Source: Desulfobacterales bacterium (GTDB lineage Bacteria > Desulfobacterota > Desulfobacteria > Desulfobacterales > SpSt-501). Taken from it: a stretch of DNA of 64,000 nt. This document shows positions 38,683-48,828 of the stretch, one piece after another. Numbering within the stretch: the stretch's first letter is position 1; the number at the start of each line of letters is the position of its first letter. The stretch spans positions 25,980 to 89,979 of the forward strand of contig JAUQXK010000013.1 in assembly GCA_030834695.1 (NCBI GenBank), in the 5' to 3' direction. The notes under the pieces were generated by a model. That model was not told the origin of the DNA and did no database searches. It saw only the letters and a program-made list of their open reading frames with translations. Position numbers and translations under genes: made by a program.

Positions 38683-39336
38683 TCACTCCACGTGGCGGTA
38701 GATCTCGCCTTCTACGAGGTAGATCACTTCTTCGGCGATGTTGGTGGCGTGGTCGGCCAGCCGTTCGAGGTGGCGTGAAATCAAGAGCAGATTGATATAG
38801 TAGCCCACGCGCTCGGGCAGATCCTTGATCGCCTGCTTGATCTTGTCGTAGGCGTCGTTCTTGATGCGGTCGACCTCGTCGTCCAGGGTGATCACCTTGT
38901 AGGCGATGTCCACATCCAGGTTGACCAGGGAATCCAGGCTCATTTTCAGCATCCGCTGGGCTTTTTGGCCCATTTCGGCATAATCGAACATGAAGGGCGG
39001 CTTCGGGCGCTTGGCGATGATTTCGACCCGCTGCGCGATGTTCACGGCCTGGTCGCCGATGCGCTCCAGTTCGCTGTTGATCTTGATGACGGCAATGATG
39101 AAGCGCAGATCGACGGCCACCGGCTGGTGCAGGGCCAGCACCTTGAGACACTCCTCCTCGATCTCCACTTCCATCTCGTCGATTTCGTAGTCGGCCTTGA
39201 TGATGCCCCGGGCGAGCTCGGCGTCGATGTTCTCGACGGCCCGGGTCGCCAGCTGAACCCGCTCCTCGACCAGCGAACTCAGGGTGAGGATGCGCTTCTT
39301 GATGTTGTCCAGTTCTCTGCGGAAATGCTTGGTCAT
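38683..39336 (-). CDS. phoU: Phosphate signalling protein PhoU
   Basis: ALHQPVAVDLR, ELERIGDQAVNIA, DDEVD, LERLADHATNIAEEVIYLVEG. Confidence 0.96.
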   Translation of the reverse strand: MTKHFRRELDNIKKRILTLSSLVEERVQLATRAVENIDAELARGIIKADYEIDEMEVEIEEECLKVLALHQPVAVDLRFIIAVIKINSELERIGDQAVNIAQRVEIIAKRPKPPFMFDYAEMGQKAQRMLKMSLDSLVNLDVDIAYKVITLDDEVDRIKNDAYDKIKQAIKDLPERVGYYINLLLISRHLERLADHATNIAEEVIYLVEGEIYRHVE

Positions 39337-39392
39337 AAAATCATCCTTCCGGAAGTATCGAGCTTGTAGACTAGAATACTATTTATGCGGAC

Positions 39393-39431
39393 GTTTAGCC
39401 GAGTATTAGGAAACGGTTAAGATTTGGTTAG
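39393..39431 (-). promoter_or_regulatory. Pho-box-like 11-bp direct repeats upstream of phoU
   Basis: Minus-strand CTAACC, TTAACC, CTAATA, CTAAAC at exact 11-bp spacing (plus-strand starts 39426, 39415, 39404, 39393). Confidence 0.65.
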
Positions 39432-39601
39432 GCCCGTGCCTGCCATTATTTATCCTCTGCCAACGGGATCCGTCAATCCGTAACCCAAATCCATGCGTGC
39501 TTCCGGCGATATCGCTTCTTGACCTGCTATCGGCTTTGATATATTTCGCGTCTACTGCACCGCGTCGAACCGAACCCATATCTTTTCCCAGGGAGGCGAT
39601 T

Positions 39602-40786
39602 ATGCTGAAAAAGGCTTTCTTGTTGCTGGCATTTCTGGCGCTGTTCTCAACGGCGTTCCCGTCGGGCGCCGCCGCCGAGCAGCCGTTGACCTTCGGTCTG
39701 CTTCTGGTCGGCCCATACAACGACCACGGCTGGAGCCAGGCTCACTACGACGGCGGCAAATACGTCGAAAAGAAGGTGCCCGGCGCCAAGATGATCTATA
39801 TCGACAAGGTCAACCCGGCGGACCGGCCCGGCGTCACCATTCCGCAGCTGGTCGACGACATGGTCGAGAAGGGCGCCCGGCTGATCATCGCCAACTCCGA
39901 CGACATGAAGGACGGCACCCGCGAGGCCGCCCGCCAGCACCCGGACGTGTACTTTCTGCATATTTCCGGCGACGACGTGCTGTCCGGAAAGGCCCCGTCC
40001 AACCTGAGCAACCTGATGGGGAAGATGGAGTACACCAAGATGATGGCGGGATTTGCGGCCGCTCTCACCACCCGGACCGGCAAAATCGGCTACCTGGGGC
40101 CGCTCATCAACGAAGAAACCCGCCGGTTGGCGGCGTCGGCGTATCTGGGCGCCAAATACGCCTGGGAGACCGTGCTCAAGAAGAAGCCCGAGGACCTGAA
40201 ATTTCAGGTGACCTGGATCGGATTCTGGTTCAACATTCCGGGGGTGACCTCCGATCCGACCCAGGTGGCCCAGAATTTTTTCAACACCGGCTATGACGTG
40301 GTCCTCTCCGGGATCGACACCACCGAGGCGCTCACCGTGGCCGGGCAGAAGAAAAAGGAAGGCAAGAACGTCTGGGGCGTTCCCTATGACTACATTGGAG
40401 CCTGTCAGGGCTCCCCGGATGTCTGTTTGGGCGTGCCCTATTTCAACTGGGGTCCGGCGTACATTCCGTTTGTGAAGGCCGCCATGAGCAAGACCTGGAA
40501 GCAGGAATGGCTGTGGCTCGGCCCGGACTGGAAGGACATCAACAACCCCGATACCAGCATCGTGGGATTCGTCCCCGGAGCGGCTCTGCCCGCCGGCGTC
40601 AAGCCGGCGCTGGACCAGTTCGTCAAGGATCTCGGCTCGGGGGCGGCCAACCTGTTCAAGGGGCCGCTGAACTACCAGGACGGCACGGTGTTCGTGAAGG
40701 CCGGCGAGACCGCCGGCGACAAGCAGATCTGGCATATGGAGCAGCTTCTGCAAGGCATGGACGGGTCGAGCAGCGCCAAGAAGTGA
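39602..40786 (+). CDS. BMP-family ABC substrate-binding protein (nucleoside/purine type)
   Basis: Signal peptide, VGPYNDHGWSQAH, KIGYLGP, WIGFWF, YFNWGPAY. Confidence 0.85.
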   Translation: MLKKAFLLLAFLALFSTAFPSGAAAEQPLTFGLLLVGPYNDHGWSQAHYDGGKYVEKKVPGAKMIYIDKVNPADRPGVTIPQLVDDMVEKGARLIIANSDDMKDGTREAARQHPDVYFLHISGDDVLSGKAPSNLSNLMGKMEYTKMMAGFAAALTTRTGKIGYLGPLINEETRRLAASAYLGAKYAWETVLKKKPEDLKFQVTWIGFWFNIPGVTSDPTQVAQNFFNTGYDVVLSGIDTTEALTVAGQKKKEGKNVWGVPYDYIGACQGSPDVCLGVPYFNWGPAYIPFVKAAMSKTWKQEWLWLGPDWKDINNPDTSIVGFVPGAALPAGVKPALDQFVKDLGSGAANLFKGPLNYQDGTVFVKAGETAGDKQIWHMEQLLQGMDGSSSAKK

Positions 40787-40809
40787 TGGCTTTGTAAAGA
40801 GCCATCGGA

Positions 40810-42282
40810 GTGGAAGCGCCCATGCGGGTCGAGCTGGTTGACATCCACAAGCACTACGGCGCCGTAAAAGCCAACGACGGGGTCAGCTTGACGGTTGCGG
40901 CCGGGGAGTTGCATGGGATCCTCGGCGAAAACGGCGCCGGCAAGAGCACGCTGATGAAGATCCTGGCGGGGTTCACCGCCCGGACGTCCGGTTCGGTCCG
41001 GGTCGATGGAAAGCCCGTCGACTACCGCACGACGGCCGAGGCCGCCGGCCTCGGCGTCGGCATGCTTTACCAGGATCCCCTGGATTTTCCCCAGCTCCCG
41101 GTCCTCGACAACTTCATCCTGGGGCAGGCCGGGACAATCGCTCTCGACCGAAGAGCCTTCAAGACGCGCTTTCTGGAACTGGCCGATTCGTTTCATTTCC
41201 GTTTAAATCCCGAATCCCCCGCCAGCAGCCTGACCGTGGGCGAGCGCCAGCAGGTGGAGCTGCTGCGGCTTCTGGCGCTGGGGGTCCAGTTGTTGATTCT
41301 GGATGAGCCGACCACCGGGATATCCGCCACCCAGAAAGAAGTGCTCTATGCGGCCCTGCGGCGCCTGGCGGCGGAAGGCAAGAGCGTGCTGCTGGTATCC
41401 CACAAGCTTGAGGATGTGGAAGCCTTGTGCGACCGGGTGACCGTCCTGCGCCTCGGACGGGTGGCCGGTGAAATGGCACAGCCTTTCGACACGGAGCAGC
41501 TGTTAAGGATGATGTTCGGCGCCCCGCCGCATCCGCCGATGCGTTGTGCGCAGCCGGCGGGCGATGAGGTGCTGGCGTTGGACCGGGTGTCGAGCCCGGG
41601 CGGTCGTTCCGGGCTGGTGGATTGCAGCGTTGCGGTCCGCCGGGGCGAAGTGGTTGGTCTGGCCGGCCTCGAAGGCAGCGGCCAGGAGGTTTTCCTGCGG
41701 GTGGCGGCCGGGCTGAAACCGTTGCAGGCGGGATCTGTCCGGCTGTCCGGACAGTCTCTGTCCGAAAACGATTACCATGCGTTCAATCGGCGGGGAGTGT
41801 ATTTCGTGCCATCGGCGCGTCTCGAGGAGGGCCTGATCCCGGAACTGACCATCACCGAGCATGCGGCCCTGCTGCAAGAGCGGCGGACCCTGCGGGTGCC
41901 CTATCCGGCTGCCGCCGAAGACGCCGGCCGCCGGATCGAATCGTTCCGCATCAAGGGCCGCCCCCGGACACCGGTCGAGGAGCTCTCCGGCGGCAACCAG
42001 CAGCGGCTCCTGCTGTCGTTTTTGCCGCCCGATCCGGCCCTGCTTCTGCTGGAAAACCCCACCCGCGGGCTGGACCTGGAGTCGGTGAACTGGGTCTGGC
42101 GGCACCTGCATTCCTACTGCCGGCGGGGAACCGCCATCGTGTTCTCGTCGCCGGAGCTGGACGAGATCCTCATGGTGGCCGACCGGGTGCTGGTCTTTTT
42201 CAACGGCCGAATCATCCTGGATGCGGCTGCGGCGGCCACCGATGTGCAGAAACTGGGAAGCGCGATCGCCGGGAAAGTGTAA
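40810..42282 (+). CDS. ABC ATP-binding protein (CUT2, two NBDs)
   Basis: GENGAGKST, ILDEPT, LSGGNQQ; second Walker B degenerate (LENPTRG). Confidence 0.92.
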   Translation: MEAPMRVELVDIHKHYGAVKANDGVSLTVAAGELHGILGENGAGKSTLMKILAGFTARTSGSVRVDGKPVDYRTTAEAAGLGVGMLYQDPLDFPQLPVLDNFILGQAGTIALDRRAFKTRFLELADSFHFRLNPESPASSLTVGERQQVELLRLLALGVQLLILDEPTTGISATQKEVLYAALRRLAAEGKSVLLVSHKLEDVEALCDRVTVLRLGRVAGEMAQPFDTEQLLRMMFGAPPHPPMRCAQPAGDEVLALDRVSSPGGRSGLVDCSVAVRRGEVVGLAGLEGSGQEVFLRVAAGLKPLQAGSVRLSGQSLSENDYHAFNRRGVYFVPSARLEEGLIPELTITEHAALLQERRTLRVPYPAAAEDAGRRIESFRIKGRPRTPVEELSGGNQQRLLLSFLPPDPALLLLENPTRGLDLESVNWVWRHLHSYCRRGTAIVFSSPELDEILMVADRVLVFFNGRIILDAAAAATDVQKLGSAIAGKV

Positions 42283-42286
42283 GGCC

Positions 42287-43372
42287 ATGGCTTCAGACGA
42301 TCCAGCCGTCCATCCCATCATCCGGCCGCCGGTGCGTGACGTCCTGCTGACCGCCGTGGCCGTGCTGGTATTTACCTCCCTGTTGCTGATCGTCTCCGGT
42401 GCGCCGCCGCTCGATGCCTATTATCATCTCTTCCAGGGGTCGCTGGGCTCCTGGGTCAAGTTTGCGCATGTGGTCAAGGTGTGGATTCCTCTGACCCTGT
42501 GCGCCTGCGGGCTGCTGTTCACCTTCCGCATCGGTCTGTGGAACATCGGGGTGGAAGGCCAGGTCATGATGGGCTCCGTGTTCACGACCTGGGCGCTGCG
42601 CGCCGGCAGCGACAGCCCGGACATGGGCGCGGTGTTCATCGCCATTTCCCTGGCGGCCGCCGCGCTGGGCGGGGCGATCTGGGCGGCGATCGCGGGCTTC
42701 CTGAAAACCAAGGGCGGGGTCAACGAAATTTTTGCAGGGCTGGGGCTCAACTTCGTGGCGCAGGGCATCGTGTTGTGGCTGATCTTCGGCCCCTGGAAAC
42801 AACCCGGGGTGGCTTCCATGAGCGGGACGGAGACCTTCCCCGCCGCACTCTGGCTGAACGCTCCGGCCCTGCTCCGGATACCGCCGGTCGCCCTCGTCCT
42901 CGTCGCGGCCGCTCTCGCAGCGACCGGCCTGATCCTGCACACCACCTGGATCGGCCTGGATTTGAAGGCGGTCGGCCGCAATCCCGGCGCCGCCTTTCTC
43001 TACGGCCTCAAACCGTCACGGCTCATGGTGCTGGCCATGCTGTTTGCCGGCGGGTTTGCCGGACTGGCCGGAAACCTCCAGGTGACAGGCGTCTATCACC
43101 GGCTCATTCCGGCCATTTCGAGCAACTACGGCTATCTCGCGCTGCTCGTGGTGATGCTGGCCAACTACAACATCTGGCTGGTGGCGCCGGTGGCTCTTTT
43201 CTTCGCCTGCCTGAATGTCGGGAGCATCCAGTTGCCGATGATGCTCCAGCTGGACTCCTCCCTCGGCGGGGTCATTCAAGGCGCGCTGGTGCTGGCGACG
43301 CTCGGGATGCACGGGTGGCGGCAGGCGCGCTCGACGCAGGCAGAGGGCCGCGCGGCACCCGGCTCAGCATGA
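42287..43372 (+). CDS. ABC permease (nucleoside type)
   Basis: GLWNIGVEGQ, GVNEIFAGLGLNF, AVGRNP, YGYLALLV. Confidence 0.9.
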   Translation: MASDDPAVHPIIRPPVRDVLLTAVAVLVFTSLLLIVSGAPPLDAYYHLFQGSLGSWVKFAHVVKVWIPLTLCACGLLFTFRIGLWNIGVEGQVMMGSVFTTWALRAGSDSPDMGAVFIAISLAAAALGGAIWAAIAGFLKTKGGVNEIFAGLGLNFVAQGIVLWLIFGPWKQPGVASMSGTETFPAALWLNAPALLRIPPVALVLVAAALAATGLILHTTWIGLDLKAVGRNPGAAFLYGLKPSRLMVLAMLFAGGFAGLAGNLQVTGVYHRLIPAISSNYGYLALLVVMLANYNIWLVAPVALFFACLNVGSIQLPMMLQLDSSLGGVIQGALVLATLGMHGWRQARSTQAEGRAAPGSA

Positions 43373-43411
43373 ATACTATTATTACGTTGGCAGTTGAATG
43401 AGCCCCAATTA

Positions 43412-43659
43412 GTCATTCTGGCGGAAGCCAGAATCCAGGTCGAAAGTGGATGCCGGATCACGTCCGGCATGACGGCCTTTGCGTGGTGTTCATCCAGATT
43501 TCCAGATATTAACGGTCTCATAATTGTCTTTACGTCGTCATTCCGGCACGCTGTTAGCCGGAATCCAGTGAATTCAACCCATTCTGGATGCCCCCGTATC
43601 GTGGTGCGGGGCAGGCTTATCACGTCCGGCATGACGTTACTATTACGGGACGGTCAATA
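43412..43659. mobile_element. Two adjacent REP/MITE-like elements inside the ABC operon
   Basis: GTCATTC(T/C)GGC...GCC(A/G)GAATCCAG...GGATGCC...GTCCGGCATGAC twice; the second copy is bounded by TATTAACGGTCTCATAAT/ATTACGGGACGGTCAATA inverted repeats. Confidence 0.7.
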
Positions 43660-43681
43660 AATCTCGGACGATTTATAGGAT

Positions 43682-44662
43682 GTGACCGAATTGGACCTGA
43701 CCCTGATCATTGCAGGCGTGATCGCCGGCGCGGCGCCGATTGTGCTGGCGGCCGTGGGGGAGACCATCACCGAGAAATCCGGGCTGATCAACCTGTCTCT
43801 CGACGGCTCCATCCTGCTCTCCGCCATGGCGTCTTTCGTCGTCGCACGCGGGGCGGACAGCCTGCTGATAGGTTTTGCCGCCGGCGCTTTGGTGGGAGCG
43901 GCGGTTGCGGGTACCGTCGCCGTGTTCAGCATTTTTCTGCGCCAAAACCAGGTGGCGGTGGGGTTCGTGCTCACCCTGATGACCCGCGATCTGGCGTATT
44001 TCCTCGGCAACGCCTATTCCCGCCTCCCGGGGCCCCAGACGGCCGCTATGCCGGTCCCGGGGCTGGACCAGATCCCCTTTCTGGGGCCGGTGCTCTTCAA
44101 CCATCCGCTGCCGGTCTATTTCAGCATGATGCTGATCGGCATCGGCTGGTGGTACGTCTACCGGACCTCGCCCGGCCTGAAGCTCAGGGCCGTGGGCGAA
44201 AACCCCAAGGCGGCCTATGCGCGCGGCATCAACCCCCGGAAGGTTCAGATGCTCTATGCGGTCTGCGGGGGGCTCCTGGTGGGGCTGGCCGGCGCCACGT
44301 TTTCGCTCTGCACCAAACCCGGCTGGGGGCGGCCCCAGGGCGCCGAAGGCACCGGCTGGATCGCGCTCGCGCTGGTCATCTTCGGCGGGTGGCACCCGCT
44401 CAAGGCGGCTGCCGGAGCCTATCTGTTTTCGTTTCTGCAGTTGATGGGCATCTACTTCCAGGGCTGGCTGCCGAGCGTTCCGGCCCAGGTGTTTCAGGTG
44501 GCGCCCTTCCCGCTGATGATCTTCACCCTGCTGATCATGTCCATTGCCCAGAACGAATCGGTCCGCCGCTGGGCGGCGCGGCGCGGACGCACCTCCGCCC
44601 TGCTGCGCTTTTTTTCGGGAATGGCGCCGGCGGCGCTGGGCAGGCCTTTCCGCCAGGATTGA
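43682..44662 (+). CDS. ABC permease (nucleoside type)
   Basis: GETITEKSGLINLSLDG, LRAVGENP, GTGWIALALVIFGGWHP. Confidence 0.9.
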   Translation: MTELDLTLIIAGVIAGAAPIVLAAVGETITEKSGLINLSLDGSILLSAMASFVVARGADSLLIGFAAGALVGAAVAGTVAVFSIFLRQNQVAVGFVLTLMTRDLAYFLGNAYSRLPGPQTAAMPVPGLDQIPFLGPVLFNHPLPVYFSMMLIGIGWWYVYRTSPGLKLRAVGENPKAAYARGINPRKVQMLYAVCGGLLVGLAGATFSLCTKPGWGRPQGAEGTGWIALALVIFGGWHPLKAAAGAYLFSFLQLMGIYFQGWLPSVPAQVFQVAPFPLMIFTLLIMSIAQNESVRRWAARRGRTSALLRFFSGMAPAALGRPFRQD

Positions 44663-44814
44663 TGACTTCGTAAATAGTCCAATCTCTGCGTTGCGCTTCA
44701 TCGCGTTGCCGCTGCGGCGTACGGTCAGTACGCCTCGCGGCACGCGATTCGCGCGCCTTGATCTTGGCCTCTTTACGAAGCCATCGATTTGGATGACTTT
44801 TTTGTGAGGCCATT
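44661..44814. mobile_element. MITE-like palindrome (GATGACTTCGTAAA...TTTACGAAGCCATC)
   Basis: Terminal inverted repeats similar to those of the element at 17486; central GGCGTAC...GTACGCC hairpin; overlaps the permease TGA. Confidence 0.65.
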
Positions 44815-44840
44815 AAGATCGAACTCGGGGAGCTTCTTAT

Positions 44841-46550
44841 TCACACGAAAAGGCCGACATGCCGGAACTGAAGCACGTCGACCAGGCCCCGGTCGGTGAT
44901 TTTCAGCTCGGGGATGACCGGCAGGGCCAGAAACGAGAGCGTCATGAACGGGTCCTTGAGGGCGGAGCCCATCTCGTGGGCCGCTTGCACCAGCCGGTCC
45001 ATGGCCGCGCTCACGGCCTGAACCGGCTGCAAGGACATGAGCCCGGCTACGGGCAGCGGCAGCCGGGCCGCGATCCGGCCGCCGGCCGCTGCGGCGATGC
45101 CCCCGCCCATTCCCACCACCTCTCCCACAGCCGCGCGCATGTCCTCCTCCGTTACGCCCACCACGACGATGTTGTGCGAGTCGTGGGCGACGCTGGAGGC
45201 GAGCGCCCCCTGCCGGAGCCCAAAGCCGCGGACCACCCCCAGGCCGATGCGCCCGCTGCCGCTGTGACGTTCGACGACGGCGATCTTGAGCAGGTCCCGG
45301 CCGGGGTCCGACACCAGCCGGCCTTCCTCAACCGGCGCGGATTCGATCGACTGGCGCGTCATGATCTGATCGGGGACCAGATCGATCACCCGCAGCCGCG
45401 GTCCGGCTGCGGCCAGGCTGAAATCCAGATCCTGAAGACGGACGTTCATGGAAGGTGGAGCCGGCAGAGAGGGCGGGGTTCCGATTCCGTCAACCAGCCT
45501 GCCGTCCCTGGCAACGATTTCGCCGCGCACATAGACCGCTTCGACCCGCAGGCGGGATGGATCCGAAAACACCACCAAGTCCGCCTGGCGGCCCGGGGCG
45601 AAGGCTCCCAGATGGGTGAGACCGAAGCGTTCGGCCGGGTTGAGGGTGGCCATACGGATCGCGGTCACGGGATTCACGCCCCCGCGGATCGCGGCGGCGA
45701 CGATGGAATCGATGTGGCCTTCTTCGAGCAGGTCGTGGGGATGGCGGTCGTCCGTGCACCACATGAGCCGGCGCGAGTTGCGCTCGGTGACGACGGGCAG
45801 CAGCGCGGCGAGGTTGCGAGCGCCGGTGGCTTCGCGGATCATGATGTGCATGCCGGCCGCGAGCTTCTCGAGGGCCTCGGCCGCTGCGGTGCATTCGTGG
45901 TCGCTGCTGATCCCGGCCGCGACATACGCCGCCAGATCTTTTCCGGAAAGGCCGGGGGCGTGGCCGTCGACCGGCCGGCCGTATCTGCGGGCGGCGTCGA
46001 TTTTTCTTAAAACCTCCGGGTCGCTGTTCAGCACCCCGGGGTAGTTCATCATCTCGCCCAGGGCCACGATGCGCGGGTCCTGAAAGAAAGGCTCCAGGTC
46101 GGCGGCCGTCAAGCGTGCGCCCGCCGTCTCCATGTCCGTGGCCGGCACGCAGGAGGGCAGGGCGTAGCAGACGTTGACCGGCTGGTTGATCGCGGAGGCC
46201 AGCATGTAGCGGATCCCCTCGGCGCCGAGCACGTTGGCGATCTCGTGGGGGTCGGCCACCACCGCCGTGGTGCCGCGCACCGCCACCGCCCGAGCGAACT
46301 CGGTGACGCAGGTCATGGCGCTTTCGATGTGCACATGGGCGTCGATGAAGCCGGGTGCGACGAAACGCCCGCCCAGATCGACGGTCGCGCGGGCGGGATA
46401 ATCGCCGATGCCGACGATCCGCCCGGCGGCGACGGCCACGCTGCCGGCGGCGATCCCGCCCGAGAAAACATCGACGATGCGGGCGTTGGTCAGTAGCAGG
46501 TCACAGGGGTGTTCGCCTCGCGCGGCTTTTCGGAACTCACTTGGTTGCAT
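44841..46550 (-). CDS. ade: Adenine deaminase
   Basis: PGFIDAHVHIES, DPHEIANV, GEMMN, DGHAP, SDHEC, CTDD, SVAHDSHN. Confidence 0.95.
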   Translation of the reverse strand: MQPSEFRKAARGEHPCDLLLTNARIVDVFSGGIAAGSVAVAAGRIVGIGDYPARATVDLGGRFVAPGFIDAHVHIESAMTCVTEFARAVAVRGTTAVVADPHEIANVLGAEGIRYMLASAINQPVNVCYALPSCVPATDMETAGARLTAADLEPFFQDPRIVALGEMMNYPGVLNSDPEVLRKIDAARRYGRPVDGHAPGLSGKDLAAYVAAGISSDHECTAAAEALEKLAAGMHIMIREATGARNLAALLPVVTERNSRRLMWCTDDRHPHDLLEEGHIDSIVAAAIRGGVNPVTAIRMATLNPAERFGLTHLGAFAPGRQADLVVFSDPSRLRVEAVYVRGEIVARDGRLVDGIGTPPSLPAPPSMNVRLQDLDFSLAAAGPRLRVIDLVPDQIMTRQSIESAPVEEGRLVSDPGRDLLKIAVVERHSGSGRIGLGVVRGFGLRQGALASSVAHDSHNIVVVGVTEEDMRAAVGEVVGMGGGIAAAAGGRIAARLPLPVAGLMSLQPVQAVSAAMDRLVQAAHEMGSALKDPFMTLSFLALPVIPELKITDRGLVDVLQFRHVGLFV

Positions 46551-47112
46551 GGCCGCTCTCCGAAGCCAACGGAGGGTGTTCCATGAAGAGGCGATAAAAG
46601 GCGGCCACCACGAGGGAGTGGGTGATCGTGCCCTCCCGGATGAGTCCGGGGATCTCGGCCAAGGGTTTCAGCAAGACGTGGATGTCTTCCTTCTCGTCCT
46701 GAGTTTGAGGGCCTGCGCGGAAGGCGCCCGGAGCGAGGAAGGTGTAACAGCGGTTGTCCAGAAACGCCGGGTTCGGGTGCACGAAGCCCAGCCCGACCAT
46801 TTCCCCGGCCGCATACCCGGTCTCCTCCCGCAGCTCCCGCCGGGCCGCCTCCTGCGGTGAGTCGCCGGGCTCCACGATGCCGCCGGGGATTTCCAGAGTG
46901 ACCTCCCGGGTGCCGTGGCGGTATTGACGGATCAGAACCACTTCCTGCGCAGGGGTTATGGGGATCACGTTCACCCAGCTGCCGGATTCCAGCACGTAGA
47001 AATCGTGGGCTTTCCCGGTTCGAGGCGAAACGGCGCGGTCGACGCGCAGGCCGAAAATGCGCAACTTGTCCCGGCGCTCGCTCGACACGATGTCCCAAGG
47101 CTTTGGAAGCAT
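46537..47112 (-). CDS. Nudix hydrolase (ADP-ribose pyrophosphatase-like)
   Basis: RQYRHG, EIPGGIVEPGDSPQEAARRELREETGY Nudix box. Confidence 0.92.
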   Translation of the reverse strand: MLPKPWDIVSSERRDKLRIFGLRVDRAVSPRTGKAHDFYVLESGSWVNVIPITPAQEVVLIRQYRHGTREVTLEIPGGIVEPGDSPQEAARRELREETGYAAGEMVGLGFVHPNPAFLDNRCYTFLAPGAFRAGPQTQDEKEDIHVLLKPLAEIPGLIREGTITHSLVVAAFYRLFMEHPPLASESGHATK

Positions 47113-47130
47113 GAACGGTTTTCCCGGACG

Positions 47131-48660
47131 TCATCGCCGCATGAACGAACCGCCCATCAGCGAGTCGATAAAACATCCGCCGCCACCGCCGCCCCCGCCG
47201 GAAGAAGAACTCCCTCCACCGCCGGAAGAAGAGGTCACGCCGCCACCGGAAGAAGAATTCGCCCCTCCACCGGAAGAAGGATTCGCTCCCCCATTGGAAG
47301 ACGAATTCAGCGGCTCCAGCTCGACATCCAGAACGCTGGGGGCACCCGGGCCGACGACGATCGAATGCGCGGCGGATCGATAGCCGTCGGCCGTGAACTG
47401 AATGACATATTCGCCCGGCAGCAGCATGCGATGGTAATCGCCAAAATCCGGGTCACTATACATGATCGTGTCGATTCCGTCCACGCGGATTTGCGCTTCC
47501 AGCGGCGCGCCGGTTTCAGCATCCGTCACGATGCCGTTAATTCCGATCAGCGCCAGCTCCATGTAAGCCAGCATGGCGCTGCGGTTCGCCTCCCAGTAGT
47601 CATCAAAGGCCAACGAATCGGGATATCCCTCCTCCGATAGTTCAACGGTCAGCGCCAGGCACCCGTGATAGTGATACAACCAATCCTGCATGCCGCCCCG
47701 GATCGGATACCAGTTCGATCCGTTGGTGATGCCTTCCGGAAAAGGGCCGCTCATAATCAAGGGATTGTTCGATGCGTAGACGCCGGCGATAAATCGAAAA
47801 AGCGCGTCATCCGGAGCGGCTTCGTATTCGGTGGCATTATCCCCGTCCATGTCCGAATCCCAGGGGTAGTTGACCACCAGGGTTCCCGAGTGAAAATTGG
47901 CCGCGAGCGCCGGCGTATGCGCCTGCGCCCATTTCATGACCGCCACGGTTTCCGGCTGCCGTCCATCGGTGACGGCGGCCAGATCGTGAACCGGATCCGG
48001 AAAATCGCGGTTCAGGTCCACGCCCGCGGCGTTGAAGCGCGACCCGGCTTCCATGCCGTCGGGGTTCATGACCGGCATGATCCAGATTTCGGTTTCATCG
48101 ATTAGGCGGGTAACCTGTTCATCCGCACCATAGCGGCTGATCAGGTAATCGATCAACCGCAGGCTGAGGACCGTGCCCAGAGGCTCATCACCATGAATGG
48201 AGCCGATGAAGTGCACCTCGGGTTCGTTTTCCTGCTCCATGACGCGATCCGTTATTTTCAGCCACCAGAGTTCACGCCCCTGAACCGACCGTCCGGCGCT
48301 TTCCATGATGCATATGTCCGGCCGGGCTTCGGCATAGGCCTGCAGTTGCGCGGTCACTTCGTCATAGGACGGATAGCCGTCCGCCGACAGGCTGCGCTGC
48401 TCGTCCGGGGCAGGAAGCCATTGGACGGTCAGTCCACGACCGCGAACCCGATCGAATTCCTCCGGCGTCAGGAAAACCGTTGCCGTCCGGGCTGCAACGC
48501 TGCCGATGATGAGGTTCAGCGATAGGAGTTCGGACAGATCGGAAGCATCATCGAAAATAATTTCAGCCGGCTTCCGGTCAAAAAAGCCGCCGGCTTGTGC
48601 GGGCTGCTGCAGCCCGACCATCGAGACGAGCAAAACCAGCGCGATCGTTATTCGAATCAT
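47131..48660 (-). CDS. Secreted M14 zinc carboxypeptidase with a C-terminal transthyretin-like domain, Gly/Ser linker and GGGGCFI tail
   Basis: Signal peptide; IHGDE, NPDG, DLNRDFP, ANFHSG, GGMQDW, TVELS; tail GGGGGGGCFIDSLMGGSFMRR. Confidence 0.88.
   Translation of the reverse strand: MIRITIALVLLVSMVGLQQPAQAGGFFDRKPAEIIFDDASDLSELLSLNLIIGSVAARTATVFLTPEEFDRVRGRGLTVQWLPAPDEQRSLSADGYPSYDEVTAQLQAYAEARPDICIMESAGRSVQGRELWWLKITDRVMEQENEPEVHFIGSIHGDEPLGTVLSLRLIDYLISRYGADEQVTRLIDETEIWIMPVMNPDGMEAGSRFNAAGVDLNRDFPDPVHDLAAVTDGRQPETVAVMKWAQAHTPALAANFHSGTLVVNYPWDSDMDGDNATEYEAAPDDALFRFIAGVYASNNPLIMSGPFPEGITNGSNWYPIRGGMQDWLYHYHGCLALTVELSEEGYPDSLAFDDYWEANRSAMLAYMELALIGINGIVTDAETGAPLEAQIRVDGIDTIMYSDPDFGDYHRMLLPGEYVIQFTADGYRSAAHSIVVGPGAPSVLDVELEPLNSSSNGGANPSSGGGANSSSGGGVTSSSGGGGSSSSGGGGGGGGCFIDSLMGGSFMRR
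47198..47305 (-). repeat. 24-bp tandem repeat encoding the SSGGG linker
   Basis: CCGGAAGAAG recurs at 47198, 47222, 47246 and 47270, with a degenerate copy at 47294. Confidence 0.75.
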
Positions 48661-48811
48661 GAGCTACTCCTTTTCCGTGTCCATCCGCGGGATAAGAACT
48701 CGCCTATGAGGGGCAGCGGTCGTCCAAGGGTGTGATTGCGGTCCGGTTTGCCGCTTTCCTCAAATTTTCAGCAAGCGGCAGCGTCCGGAAAAGCCAACCC
48801 AGGACCACCTC

Positions 48812-48828
48812 AGCAAATATTATTCCAA
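48812..48828 (-). promoter_or_regulatory. Candidate sigma54 -24/-12 promoter for the carboxypeptidase
   Basis: Minus strand TTGGAATAATATTTGCT has GG-N10-GC spacing; palindromes AGTCAATCAATTGACT (~48949) and GTCAATTGAC (48979) lie 120-160 bp upstream. Confidence 0.45.

Noticed and set aside
42040-42075. Degenerate Walker B (LENPTRG) suggesting an ABC pseudogene
   Set aside because: The second NBD of CUT2 ATPases is commonly degenerate and the ORF is intact
47198-47305. Possible CRISPR-like array
   Set aside because: Contiguous 24-bp coding tandem repeat with no spacers and no cas genes
47057-47383. Pro/Glu-rich repeat protein on the + strand
   Set aside because: Antisense reading of the carboxypeptidase Gly/Ser linker
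48700-48790. GGCAAAC-containing hairpin upstream of the carboxypeptidase as a c-di-GMP-I riboswitch
   Set aside because: The GNRA/receptor and P2 features could not be matched by eye; an Infernal search would be needed
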